Source: Kudoa neothunni (Eukaryota > Animalia > Cnidaria). From it: a stretch of 64,000 bases of DNA. Every line of letters begins with the position of its first letter. Position 1 is the stretch's first letter. The notes below the pieces were generated by a model. It was not told the DNA's origin. It saw only the letters and a list, made by a program, of their open reading frames with translations, and made no database searches. Position numbers and translations under genes: made by a program. Shown piece by piece: positions 39,353 through 52,119 of this stretch. Where the stretch lies: the NCBI GenBank assembly GCA_964304625.1, contig OZ199840.1:8767487-8831486 (forward strand), in the 5' to 3' direction.

Positions 39353-41806
39353 CCTTCCAAGCATGTCAAAAACGACTATACACATACACCAAGCAATTTT
39401 GGTGTCCAGGAGGACCCCAGATTTTTATTGCTTATTTTGATACATAATATTGTGATATACAAGTTCATTCTTTAAAAAAGTTTTTTATCGGCGCGATAAC
39501 AAAATAATCATAATTTATGAGTTGGCCTATAGTGGTCGAAGTCAGACGAACATTTATTAATTAATTTTAAGTATTTAAATATTGATAAAAGTCTTTTTAA
39601 GTACGCCATATGATTTTTTTACAATGTTATCTAGATACTTAAAAGATAATAGAACTTATTAAATTGCACTAATATCTTAAAACACATATATTCTCTTTCG
39701 GCAACATGATTGCGATTTTACCGATTCTAAAAGTTATTCAATGAAATTTTTCGATTAATTATAAAATATTGCTTAACTGGTATTTTTTGAAATATGAATG
39801 AGTTAGGAAAATCTACGGTTTCTGGCATACATAAGTCAATCATTTATGATAAAATACGGATTAGTAATTATTTATCAAATAATTAATATGATCCTTAACT
39901 AAGCGAAAAACGAATCAAAACTAATGATGAAGTATATAATAAAGAACTAAATATAGTTTACTAATCATTTTTTGTTATGCACTCGCAACAAATAGTTCTC
40001 GAATGTTTGTTGTAACAGAATTGGGAGAAATTGTAACATTGATTTTTTGTTTTTGTATCGGGCAGTCGAGCGCATAAGCTACATCTCTTTTTCGTCATAT
40101 ACATCACGGTTCCATCAGTCGAAATCAGTACAGTTGGGTTGTTGGTGGGCTCCACTAATGAGTCTGCAAGTTGTTCTGAATAATTGCTTCTACAAATATT
40201 AGACTTATTAAATATCGTTTTAAATAGATAAAACGAATTGAATAAACTTATATCGATCATATTATAAAAAATCACCATAGGCCATCTTCTGGTGTATCTT
40301 TTAACGCCAGTCATGGACAGGATACGATCTACCGTATCCACACCCCCCTTAGTTTTGTGTTATAATCAGTGATAACCTGGGGCTTTTTTGTCTTATCTTG
40401 GCATAAATTGACATTATTTGAGGATGTAGCCAATAAAATGACCGCTTTGTTCCTCTTTGAAACATACGACACCATCATTTTTTTGCATGAAAAACGAATA
40501 TAGAACTAAAAATCTCTCTCGATTTCCTAGCTTTAAGAATTAATGGAATGTCTCGTTTATTATGGCGGATAGTCCCCAGAAGGGTTAAGTCAAGGTTAAG
40601 AAGTTTTTTTGCCAACGTAACAGAGGTAAAAAAATTGTCACAAACAATGTTTCTTCCAGATACTTTTAAATGCGACGAGAGCTCTAAGACGACCTTTCCA
40701 CTGACACATTTGTTAATTTCGTTATTGGTTTTTCCAAGATAAACGGAAATATTGTGTGTATAGTTGGTACAAGGGTCAGTTAAAAGAAAGAACTTAATGT
40801 CATAAACTGCAGGCTTAGAGGACATATACTGCCTAAAAGGACACCTGCCCCTAAATGCAACTAACTGTTCATAGACGGTAACATCAGAAGAAGGAATTAC
40901 ACACATCGGCAAACTATTTTTCCATCTATTGAAAACATCGGTTACAGGGCAAAACTTATCATTGTCTCGCCTCAGACTCCTTGTCTCATAATCATCAAAA
41001 TGAGACTTCTATTTACTTGGGTGAATCTATATAATGACATAATTCTACGAAATATATCGCCCTTTATTCAAACTTCAAACTCCATAACTGCTTAAGAGAT
41101 TCCATTTTAGCCTTAAAGATAGACATATATATTAGAATTCCTATATATGATTTAAATTCCACCATATTCAGATCTTTCCATTTTTTCCCGTAATGAAATG
41201 CACAAAATTTGTTAATGTGAATAATGACTGAATTGAAAAACTCATCATCAAAAAAATAGAAAAACAGTCCTGTAAATTGCAAATTCGGGATGTTACAAAT
41301 GTGGTCAAACCTGGAGGTTTGTTTAAGATGTTTTCTTTTTTAACTTTTGTATTTGAAGGTACAACTGAAGACCATAGCACATTGTTTTTGTCCCTATACA
41401 TGTCAGGAACGCCATCATCCGAACTATCACAGCTAGATGTAGAGAAATATTCTTCAATTTCACTATAATCAGAGTCAATATTTGTTAGAAAACCATCATA
41501 TAATTGTTCCATTTCTAACGGTAAGCGCAATCGGTATCATTCGGGTAATGTCGGAAACACAAACCTAGATTTTTCTCATTATTTAGTGGATGTAACCTTT
41601 CGAGATTAAAATATTTTATTTTTTATAATTTTATAAATGTTTCTATGAAATAAAAACGTGGAGTCCTCCTGGGCCCCCAAACTGCTTGGCGTAAGTATTT
41701 GACATAAAATCATAACAAACAAAAAAATCATAATTTTAAAATTAAATTATAAATATATAGAAACTTTTAAAAGAATAATGATTGGACTCCAGAAATGTTT
41801 GGAAGG
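39353..41806 (-). mobile_element. Full-length piggyBac element with decayed transposase
   Basis: TTAA TSDs at 39349-39352 and 41807-41810; TIRs CCTTCCAAGCAT / ATGTTTGGAAGG; subterminal inverted repeats near 39389 and 41658. Transposase is split in four or more ORFs including the C-terminal Cys-rich domain; catalytic DE is changed to YE. Confidence 0.93.
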
Positions 41807-43554
41807 TTAACCACATATTTATTTTAATATTATTTTTTCAAGTCGGCTTATTTTATAGCAAGAAATTCACGAGAGCCCAATTTTTTAAAGGTAAAGACCT
41901 TCTCACAGACCCCTGAAATCAGTGCACGTACCCCAGGTTGGGAAACACTGATCTACGATATAAAGCGAAAAAGATCGACCTATAGTTAGATAATTCTTAT
42001 CTGTAAGTATCTCCTTTGTTGTAAAAGGGAGACAATTAATAAATATTGAGTAGTTTTCGAGTTTTCCATAAACTTGGTTTAATATAATGAAATTAATTCA
42101 ATTTTCTTTAAAGTAAGATACTAACATTAATCGGCGATTTTCAAGCTCAAAAAGGACCGCCCAAATCTTTTATCTTTGAGACTTATATCCAAGCTTTCAA
42201 GCATTATTTTAGTAGGAATAAGGTTTCAAGTCACACCGAAGTCTATATTGAATCAAATCGTAAGGAAAACAGCTTTAATTGTAATGTGTGAAAGATAATA
42301 ATGGAAACCTAATTAGAAAAAATTAAAAACTGTTTCTAAATGATAAAAAAATCGTTTAGATAAATCCTTAAAAACGATTGTTTCGAATTACGTATATTGG
42401 TTTGAAATGAGTACAACTTAGAATAAACCCAGTACTTTAATGGGCTTTAGTTATCAATTGTCGTTCGGCTTCGTTTGAAAAATACCAGATTAATAATTAA
42501 TTTAAAATTATTAGTGGCCATTAGCACCATAAAATTTGATACTAAACGAAATGCAAACTTGGGGGTCATCCTATTTAATCTTTACAACACTCATACATAA
42601 TTTATATGTATGTTTTGTTTTTGGAATGTACATGTATGATTATGTAATGTAAAAACCGGTTTTTGCTGGTCTTCACGACAATTAACGTTAATACCACACT
42701 AATCCTCTAAATATTATTTATGACTCCTGGTGATCATTTCTTCAAATATAATTTCATCTGGCCGAATAAAAATTTCTTTAAATTATTAAAATAAATTCGC
42801 ACATAATTTGTATAGATGTGAGATATTTCACAGGTTGGTATAATTGTTTATGTATCTGGGGAGACTGTAAACAAGATGCACCAAAAAGTCATTTATTTAC
42901 TAGTGAATCAAATATAGTAGGAAATAATTGATAATCCACTTATTACACTACTGGCATCATTAGTCAGTGCTTCTTTATTTTGTTTGTACACAGATCCAAA
43001 GTTACTAGAATTATTCGAGTAAAAATAATCCCATCAAAGTTGATGAGGGTTATAGGGGTGTAACCTCATAAGTGAGATATAATTCAGTTTCAGAAAGAGG
43101 ATATGCTAGTTTAATAATTTTAGATAGGTACTAATTTCCGACGAAATTACTTTAAATCTTCTTACGTTGAAATCAATTAAATAGAAATCTTTGATGCCAT
43201 TAGGTGGGAAAATGGTTGTTTTATGAGTGGAAGTTGTGAGCTAAAAAATAAACTGTTATGTTTGTAAAACATTGGGTATTTAAGTTTTTTATGGTTCTGC
43301 CTCACGAATTAATACGATACAAATAATGCCACTAATCAAGAATATTTGATAGTATTGGGTTAATCCTAGGTTTAGTAGTTAATTCAATTGGTGAGCAGTA
43401 TAATCGCACCATTTTTATACGTAACAAATTGTTGAAAATATCAAATTATCAGCGTTGCAATATCTTGACTGTGAATAATGCCTGTAATTAATCGGTTTAA
43501 TAGTGGTTAAATAATCGTGAGTTTAAACTAACTGAATGTTTTTTTAAATTCTAG

Positions 43555-46500
43555 GCAGATCGAAATGCCCAAAAGACAAAAAAAGAAAAAGAGAAAGGTC
43601 ATTCAAAATTCAAAATTTCATTTTAATTTTCTCATTTTTTAACAACAAAATAGATGTGAATATCAAATATTCCAGTGTGTGTGCGGTTAAAAAAAGAGCA
43701 AGGGGACCCTCGGGAAGAAGCAAACCGAGTATGAATTTCGTAAGAAATCTATCATTAAATCAGGTAGAAATCTAACAATTATATATTGAATGTGGTTATT
43801 TTAACTCAAATTTTTAATTTTAGTCCATTCAAAATGATGAAAATCCCGATTTCTTTGACAACTCAGGTAGATTTGTTATTTACGAATCTTTGGTGATAAA
43901 ACTGTTTGAGAAACAAAATTTTTTTAAGTTATTACAACAAATTAAATTATTTGGCAGCAAGTAAATATCGAAGTTTATTAACAAATGGTATCACCTATCG
44001 AAGTTTAATAGATTGACTTTATGTGGATGATTTGTTTCTATTTCTAAACACCTTTTAATCTATAAAATGACTGTTAAAGAAAAAAACAAGACCATTTCCT
44101 GATTGATTCGGTTTAGAATTCAAGACCTTCCCCGTTCATTCATCAAGCAAGGCCTTAGTAAAAGCGCAAAGTGCACCATCTAAGACAGATGAATATTCGA
44201 CTAGAGTAAGCTAATGATTCACTATTATTAAAATATTTTAATATTTAGGCCGCCACAAAAATAGATACATCAAATTTGTCAAAAAACGACTTTCCAAGTG
44301 CTGCACCCGACTATTCAGCCCAATGTAGTTCAAATTATAGCAATCATTATATAATTAAAACATATTTAGATCACAAAAAGGTGGTTAAAGCATCAAAAGG
44401 TAATAAAAATTTCCCTCTCTAATTAAATATATTTAAAAAAAAAGAGCCTCTATCGACAGATGAAGTTAGCAACGTCGAGGGTGATTTTTCTAATAAGTTC
44501 CCTGTTAATTATTTATTTATTTATTTATCAGGAGATGCTTTTAACAATAATGAAAACAAGGAGATGAATTTGTTCCAAGATAAATTGACAGGCGTTGAAT
44601 CATCAGTTTCTTCTTCCTCCAGAAATCAAACGCCCAGTGGAGATCTGCTAGCACAAAGTTCACACCCAAAGAAAGAAGGTGATTTTTAATTTGATATCGT
44701 TTTGCCGTTTTATTTGAAAATTTATTGTAGAAACCAGGAAAATAAACGATGACGGTAAGTACCTACAATAATTACCTCCAAATGATAAACTCTTGTCGTT
44801 AGATGGTTTCGCAGATAGAAAAATTTCATCAGCATCTAAACTCAAATCAAGTAATATCAATAAAAAAGTGAAAACGAAATTTCATCCGCGTCTTTAGTTG
44901 ATAACAAAGAATCGAGCGACGTAAAAAATGATAAGAAAAATAAAGCAGCTCAAAAGGAGGAAGAAAAAAGGAGGAAACACGCGCTCAAAGAAGAGGAAAA
45001 GCGGCGTAAGATAGCACTGAAAGAAGAAAAATTAAAATATCAAAGACTCAAGGAGGAAGAAAAAATGCGTCAAAAATTGGCTAAAATTGGAAAACATAAA
45101 TCTTCTTATGATAAAAAAGCTTCCGCCAATGTAGAAGTTCCCATAAGTCTAACTACATCAGGTAGCTCACTTTTACAGTCCAAAGACATTATTGCTTACA
45201 ATCTTTAAATTAAAAAATATTTCTGTAGATGTGTCACCAAATGTTGTCATTAAAGAGGAACCACTTCAAGTTGAAAACGACCACGAAGTATCTAAATGCG
45301 TAAAGCAGGAGAAACCATCCGAAGGTGACAAAGGCGAGAAATCATCAAAAGCTACTAAGCAAGAAAAACCTAAGAAACCTGAAAAACCTAAAAAGGAAAA
45401 GAAATCACAAAAAGTTGATAAAAATGAAACCCCAATAAAATCTGATATGGAAAAGAAACCACACGCGACAAATTTCGACGAAAATTCTCCAAAACTGAAC
45501 ATCAAAGATAAATCACCAGAAGCTCCAAACGAAGAGAAACCATCCGAAGATTTCAAAGACGAGAAATCACCCGTAGTTGATATTGAGGGGAAATCTCCAT
45601 ATATGCATAGAGAAGTAAAGTCATTTAGTACTGATAAAACAACAAAATCACTAGAAGCTGCAAGTGAAGAGGAATCATTTTATGCTGACAACGACGAGAA
45701 ATCGCCCGTGGTTGATGTTATTGAGAAGTCTCCAGATATAATTAAAGAAAACAAGTCACTTAGCACTGATAACGAGACAAAAGCACCTGAAGGTGCCAAC
45801 AATGAGGAGTCACTCCTAATTTCTGTTGGAGGCATATCTTCAAATATAAAAGAACAGGACAAGTCACTTAGTCTTAATGAGGAAACAAAAGCATCAGAAG
45901 CCACAAGTGAAGAGAAACCATCTGAAATTGACAACGACGAGAAATCGCCAATAGTGGATGTTAATGAGAAATCTCCAAATATAATTAAACAGGACAAGCC
46001 ACTTAGTATTGACAACGAAATAAAAGCACCTGAAGGTGACAACGACGAGAAATCGCTTGTAATGGATGAAGAGAAGAAATCGTCAAAAGCTGCTATGAAA
46101 GATAAATCATCGAAACATGAAAAATCAAAGAAAGAAAAGAAATCGCAAAAGGTAGAAAGCAAAGATAAATCTTCAACAGTAGACATCGATGAGAAATCAC
46201 CAAAAGCTACGGGTAGAGAGCAACCATCTGAAACTGACAAAGATAAGAAATCGCCCAAAGCTGCTAAGAAAGAAAAAACATCCAAATCTAAAAAAGAAAA
46301 GAAATCCCAAAAAGTTGATAAGGAGACCTCATCAAAACTTAATACGGAAACGAAACTACAAAAGGTGGGCAACGACGAAACATGTCCAAAAGTAGACATT
46401 CGAGATAAATTGCCAGAGGTTACAATTGGAGACAAATCATCCGATGGTGATAAAGACGAGAAATCACCCAGAGCTGCCAAGAATGAAAAACTACCCAAAC

Positions 46501-47063
46501 CTAAAAAAGAAAAGAAATCACGTAAGTTAGATAGCAAAGATAAATCTTCAAAAATAGACATAGATGACAAATCACCAGAGGTTGCAAGGGAAGAGGAACC
46601 ATCTAAAACAGACAAGGGCGAGGTATCGCCCATAATTGAGGAGGGAAAGAAATCGCCGAAAGCTGCTAAGAAAGAAAAACCACCAAAATCCGAAAAAGAA
46701 AAGAAATCACGTAAGTTAGATAGCAAAGATAAATCTTCAAAAATAGACATAGATGACAAATCACCAGAGGTTGCGGGGGAAGAGGAATCATCTAAAATAG
46801 ACAAGGGCGAGGTATCGCCCATAATTGAGGAGGAAAAGAAATCGCCGAAAGCTGCTAAGAAAGAAAAAAAAGAAAAACGTGAAAAATCTAAAAAAGAAAA
46901 GAAATCACACAAAGTTGATAGGAAGGAAGTTGCGCCAAAATCTGATGTGGACACGGAATTACCTAAGGTAGATAGTGTAGAAAAATCTACAACGTTGAGG
47001 AGCGATGACAAATCACCCCACGACGTCAATCAAAATAACGAATCAACGGCAACAGGGAAATAA
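43555..47063 (+). CDS. Lys/Glu/Ser-rich KSP-repeat protein, multi-exon, 5' end unresolved
   Basis: A chain of small GT-AG exons from 43555 leads to a coiled-coil-like exon (~44803-45161) and a ~1.8-kb last exon with 15 KSP motifs and KKEKKS blocks. Probable -1 lesions near 44862-44867 and ~47049. Confidence 0.72.
46503..46890 (+). repeat. Near-perfect 189-bp (63-aa) coding tandem duplication
   Basis: cgtaagttagatagcaaagat starts at 46521 and again at 46710. Confidence 0.9.
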
Positions 47064-47989
47064 CCTCATCAAAAGTTGATAATGAAGTAATAACACCTAC
47101 CTCAAAATATCCATCCAAATTACTTCTTGTTTGATATAAACATTTATAATTATATCCTCTACAAATATTTTTATTTGAATGTTGTTTTACGTTTTATTAT
47201 GTGATTGATTATTTTATTGCTGAGATGTGTCTTTTTTTAATTAAACCCAGTTTATTTCCAAATGATTAACTAATTCTTCCATTCCCTACTTTTTGTTGGC
47301 GATCCGAACAAAATATATTGTGTATAAATGGTTATTTATAACGAATTAAAAAGTTAAAGTGCTCAAATTAATTTTTATCCAACCATTATCATCAAATTAC
47401 AGAATAAAATGAAAATTAAATATAAATCCTATTTCTTTGTATCATAACTACGTGAAAATTTCACACTATCTTTAAAATGCATCAAAGATTTATTTTGTAT
47501 CTTATTCGTAATTAAAGGCTTAATATAATGAATATGTTTACATGGATATTTTTGGTGTATGCGCGCAAATTTTGGTATAAACGTATCATTATTAGAATTA
47601 TTTCGTATCTAAAAATATAAAAAAAGTACAATAGATTGCGTTTTGGTGCATAAATTTTTTTGCTTAAAGCAGATATAATTCTGATTAATGACAGTAATGA
47701 ATTATTAGATAGCACGTAACAAGAGACCTTGTATCTTATTTAAATTAATTTTCCAGTTTTTCAAATATATATAAATAAATTTAAAGACCTAAATTATACC
47801 AAATAATTTTTTTTTAATATGATGCTATTTTAAATTTTGACATGTTTATTTTTGGCAGTGGGTATTTCAAAGGCAATTAATATCTCTAAAATTAACGGAT
47901 AGATTTTATTTTTTTATATTACGATATCTTAAATAAATATAATCTTTTGCAAATTTGTAGATAAATGCATAAACTATATATTTATGATA

Positions 47990-48340
47990 ATATGGTGGTG
48001 GTTAAATCCAAAATAGAACTAGGCAATTCAGTAGACAATCCGTCCTCGGAAACTCTCATAGCAAGCTTAACAGGGAAATTATTTTTAATATTATTTTATT
48101 GCATTTTCCGCTCTTTTATGTCCATTAGTGTCACTGAAAATTCATCAATATGTAATTTCGTTGCGTCGAAAAATGGATTGGTTGACTTAATTATGCTTCT
48201 TTCAATATTTAAGAAGATGCATGTCTAGCATTTATACAAGTTAAAATATGATGTTTTATCGTAAAATTTTATAGCATTTTCTAATCCATCCAAAGAATTA
48301 AACTTCAAACCTACGTTAAATAAATTCTGATTCACCACTC
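47990..48340 (-). mobile_element. Probable MULE/Mutator transposase N-terminal relic
   Basis: LFNVGLKFNSLDGLENAIKFY and PVKLAMRVSEDG resemble the MuDR/FAR1-type N-terminal domain; stops present. Confidence 0.45.
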
Positions 48341-49710
48341 TGGCGTATTAATTAATATGAAACGTGCTTACAGTCACAAAAAATTGTTATTTTCGATTTA
48401 TAAAACCGTTTAATACATTTATTAACAAATTCTTTGATTGTTAATCTGTTTCTAGGGTTAAAGAACCTGTTCACACTCAGTCACGTGCGTTATTTTAGGG
48501 TCATCTATATAACAGCCGTGCATATTTAAAAATTTACAAATTCATTGATCTTTATGAATTGTGTTAACACATAAATTTCCAGTAAATTCGATTGGTTAGT
48601 TTTAGAGATATTAATTATCTATGATGTGGCCACTGCCTTTATTTTATTTTATTGTTCAAAAATACTTAAACATTTGAACCCCCAATTTAATTCAGCGACT
48701 AAAAAAATTTTTTTGCTCATTATGTTCAATTTTATATAAAATATCCAAAAATTGAAGCACTCATTTCAAAAATGAAAAAGATACACACACGGCGCCAAAT
48801 GGCAACATTGGGACAAGGCTTATTTGTATATGCTGGAGTGCGTATGTGCTAGTTTTTATGTTATTTTGTTTTTAAACCAAAAAATTACTCTACCACCATC
48901 AGTGATGGAATATCAAATTAATAATTACAATTTTTATAGTCCAGAAAGTAGTTTCTATTTTTATTGAAGCACAAATGAACATTACACTTAATATAAATAT
49001 ATTAAAACTAAGTCTATCATTGAAGAATCGGTTGAAATAAGTTTAACGTTCAAATATAACATCTTCGACTTGTTAAAAAATATCAATTGTAAAATTAAAT
49101 TTTTCGCGTTCATTGTCTGATTTAAACGGTAGTCATCTTACTCCCCATCACTAGAACTGTATTCGAATACAATATCATCATATTGACTAACCGTATAGAA
49201 TCTGATCCTGGTCCAACGTCTGATTTGTGCCCATCTGGTAATTATATGATTGTAAAATTCTGTTCTGTTTATTCCTTTCTCCAATCTAGTTAGAATCCAT
49301 TCCAAAGAATATAAACAAACTTAAATCGAGGGCCCAATGTTGCCGAATGGTAACATGGATTAATCTGTCTCTACACTATACATATCAAAACATATTTTCT
49401 TCTTAGATTCACTTTTTGAATAAACTTATTTAATAGTATATGTGTATATTTTTTTAATTGTACTGAAACCTCAAAATCCAAGCTCAATTGCGGGATACTT
49501 TACCCTTTTTTGTATTTGTCGTAGAGTTTGATATTCATCTGTATTGCTCTTGATATAAAATATACAAGTTTTTATAATTCATTTGTATAAAGTAAAAGAA
49601 GCATTAACTATATTATTATAATAAAGATATATTTATAATTATACAATTGCTCTAACATGTGTTGAAATTCACTTTATATGGAATATCAATGTTCAGTTTG
49701 TATTAAATTG

Positions 49711-51509
49711 CAATAGATAACCGATTTTCAGTAACTTCAGACTTTCTTCCCTTAAAATACTATTTAATACTTCAAACCATATATTTTATTTTATTTTTAG
49801 ACTTTAATAATAATTTACAAAAATTTTAAAAATTGAACATTCGAAAGTGGTTGTTCCTATTATTAGCGCTTAACCGATTTTTCCTAACTTTTCAGCCATA
49901 GGCGGATTTAGTGGTGTACCTTTTTTAAATTTATAATGTCTGGAAAGTTTAAAAATGGGGAAATAATAAAACTAAAATATAAATTTATTGATTTTTTTAA
50001 ATTACATTAAACAATAGTGCAAAAATACTACTTTTCGTAAATTAAAGCTCCATTTTTGTTCTACTCTAGATACCATCTTGATTAGGAAGGAAGATATAGT
50101 TTTATTTTATGAACTGGCTTGGCTTCTTCAGTGAGAACAAATTTTAAGCAGTGTTCAAATTAAGACATCGATATTTTAGTATATGACTGGGTGAATTACT
50201 TGCGATGAAAAAAATTGAACTATCTGTTCATGATATCGATATCCTACATGAAAGAAACCAATTGACAAAAGAATTGAACCTAAGCGTAGTAATGACCTAT
50301 GATTGATTTCTTGGTTTTAAATCACGATTTAATTTAAAAATATCACTTCCCATGGTGATGATGCTTATGTTGACTAAAGTTTTGTAGAAAATTGGCAATC
50401 TAAAATGAACGACTAAGTCAAAGGTAACAACGATGATTGTATCTATAACTATGATGAAACTGCATTATTTTACTAACAACATTGAGGCCTAGTATTTTTA
50501 GTGCCATATTTTGTCGGGAGAAAAAAATCTAAAATATAGTTACTGTTTTGCGACGTGCATCATCTACACTTGGAGGTTGCATTGAATCTCCTGTGATTGG
50601 CAATCAAAAAAACCATGTTGTTTTAAAGATGCTAAATAAAACATTTCTAGTAAAATACAAATCAAACAGGAAAGAATGGATGACTAGGGAAACATTTAAC
50701 AAATATATTTCTAATTTTGACAATGTATTCCAACCGAAGTACAAGGAAGTTTACTACTTCTTAATAATACCACTTACCACGCCGAAATTCATTTGTTCAA
50801 TATCTCTCTTATATTCCGTATAAAAAATTCAACTAGCATTTTGTAACTATTAGACATTAGACAATGGAATCATTTTCTCATTCATATTAAATTACAAAAA
50901 TAATTTAATAGAAATCCATATTGCTGCAGTTAGCAGTGATATAAATACATCCTCCCAAGGTATGTTTCCAACTTTGTTCCTAATTAAAAAATCATGGGAC
51001 GATGTTTCAAGGATATTGCATTTAACTGATTCAGAAAATATTAATTTAAACAATAGAGAATTCTCAGCTGGAAATTCCGAGATTATTCAAAAGGAAGTCG
51101 TTATGCTTACATCAAAACACTTTGACGAGCTTGCTCCTTTGAATGTTGAATCTGCGGATTCTGAAACTGAAGATTTAGGAGTGGTAGAATTTATATCAGA
51201 AAAAGATGGCTTTAAATATTATAACAAGAAGAATAGATATACGACAGAGAGAAATTGATTATCTATGCGAAATCATGAGTTAAAATGATAAAATTACGAC
51301 ATACGTCTTTAAAAATATAAATAAACAATAACATATTATTTCAATAAAAGGAGATGAATGTATAAATGAAATTAATTTATTTATTTATTTAAAATAGGTA
51401 TATTTTTTATTTTTGTGTGTGCAGAAAGTTACGGAAAATGCGTCAGTGATGCATTTTCAGTAACTTCTGTCTGGTCCCAATGGGCTTACGGCGAATCTAT
51501 TATCTACTG
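49711..51509 (+). mobile_element. Tigger/pogo element with decayed transposase
   Basis: TIRs CAATAGATAA..GATT / AATC..TTATCTACTG; IYNYDETALF, VIG..K.....YKSNRKEWMT and IKKSWDDV motifs. Confidence 0.8.
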
Positions 51510-51752
51510 TTTTAGCAAAATAAAATAATAAATTCTCTATTTTTATTTTTTGTGTAATTCCTTGACTACCATAGAGCATGTTGTTTGGAAGCCGATTAAA
51601 AGCATAGTCTGTAACAAAAATCTATATCGGGGGAAAATATCTAAATATCAGATTTTTTAAAATAGTAGGTATCGACTGAACATTCTGATTCGATCAATGT
51701 GAAGTTTAAATGTTATTTTAAGTACTACTTGTACTGATAAATGATCGTTTAA

Positions 51753-51971
51753 CCTTCCGAGCTCCTCAAAATTGACCCCAAAAGCACTAGGGGTGTATTT
51801 TTTGTATATCTTTGTTTACTCTTTTTTTCAACTTTTTTACTGAGTAGTAGTAAAATACTATTTATTTTAGGAGAACACACCAGACATTACTATAGTTAAA
51901 TTCTTCGGTGCATATAAAACTTGTAATACAATAGGCTCTGGGTCAATTTGACCCCAGAAAAGCTCGGAAAA
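51753..51971. mobile_element. piggyBac-type MITE
   Basis: TTAA-CCTTCCGAGCT...AGCTCGGAAAA-TTAA with internal GGGTCAATTTGACCCC palindrome. Confidence 0.7.
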
Positions 51972-52119
51972 TTAAATTAAAAAATGTTAATGTCAACTAT
52001 AAACAACGACCACATGATTATATAGTTAGATATGAGAGAGAAAACAATAAAATGGGGACAAATATTAAAATATTTATAAAAAGCATAAACACAGAGAGTT
52101 GAGTTATTAGATACTAAAT

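Noticed and set aside
45680-47029. 449-aa minus-strand Ser/Phe/Leu-rich ORF
   Set aside because: Antisense shadow of the repetitive Lys/Glu-rich plus-strand exon.
47058-47063. AAA TAA as a Euplotes-type programmed frameshift, or an alternative genetic code
   Set aside because: Conserved genes here read in the standard code and end normally at TAA or TAG; a simple indel explains the site.
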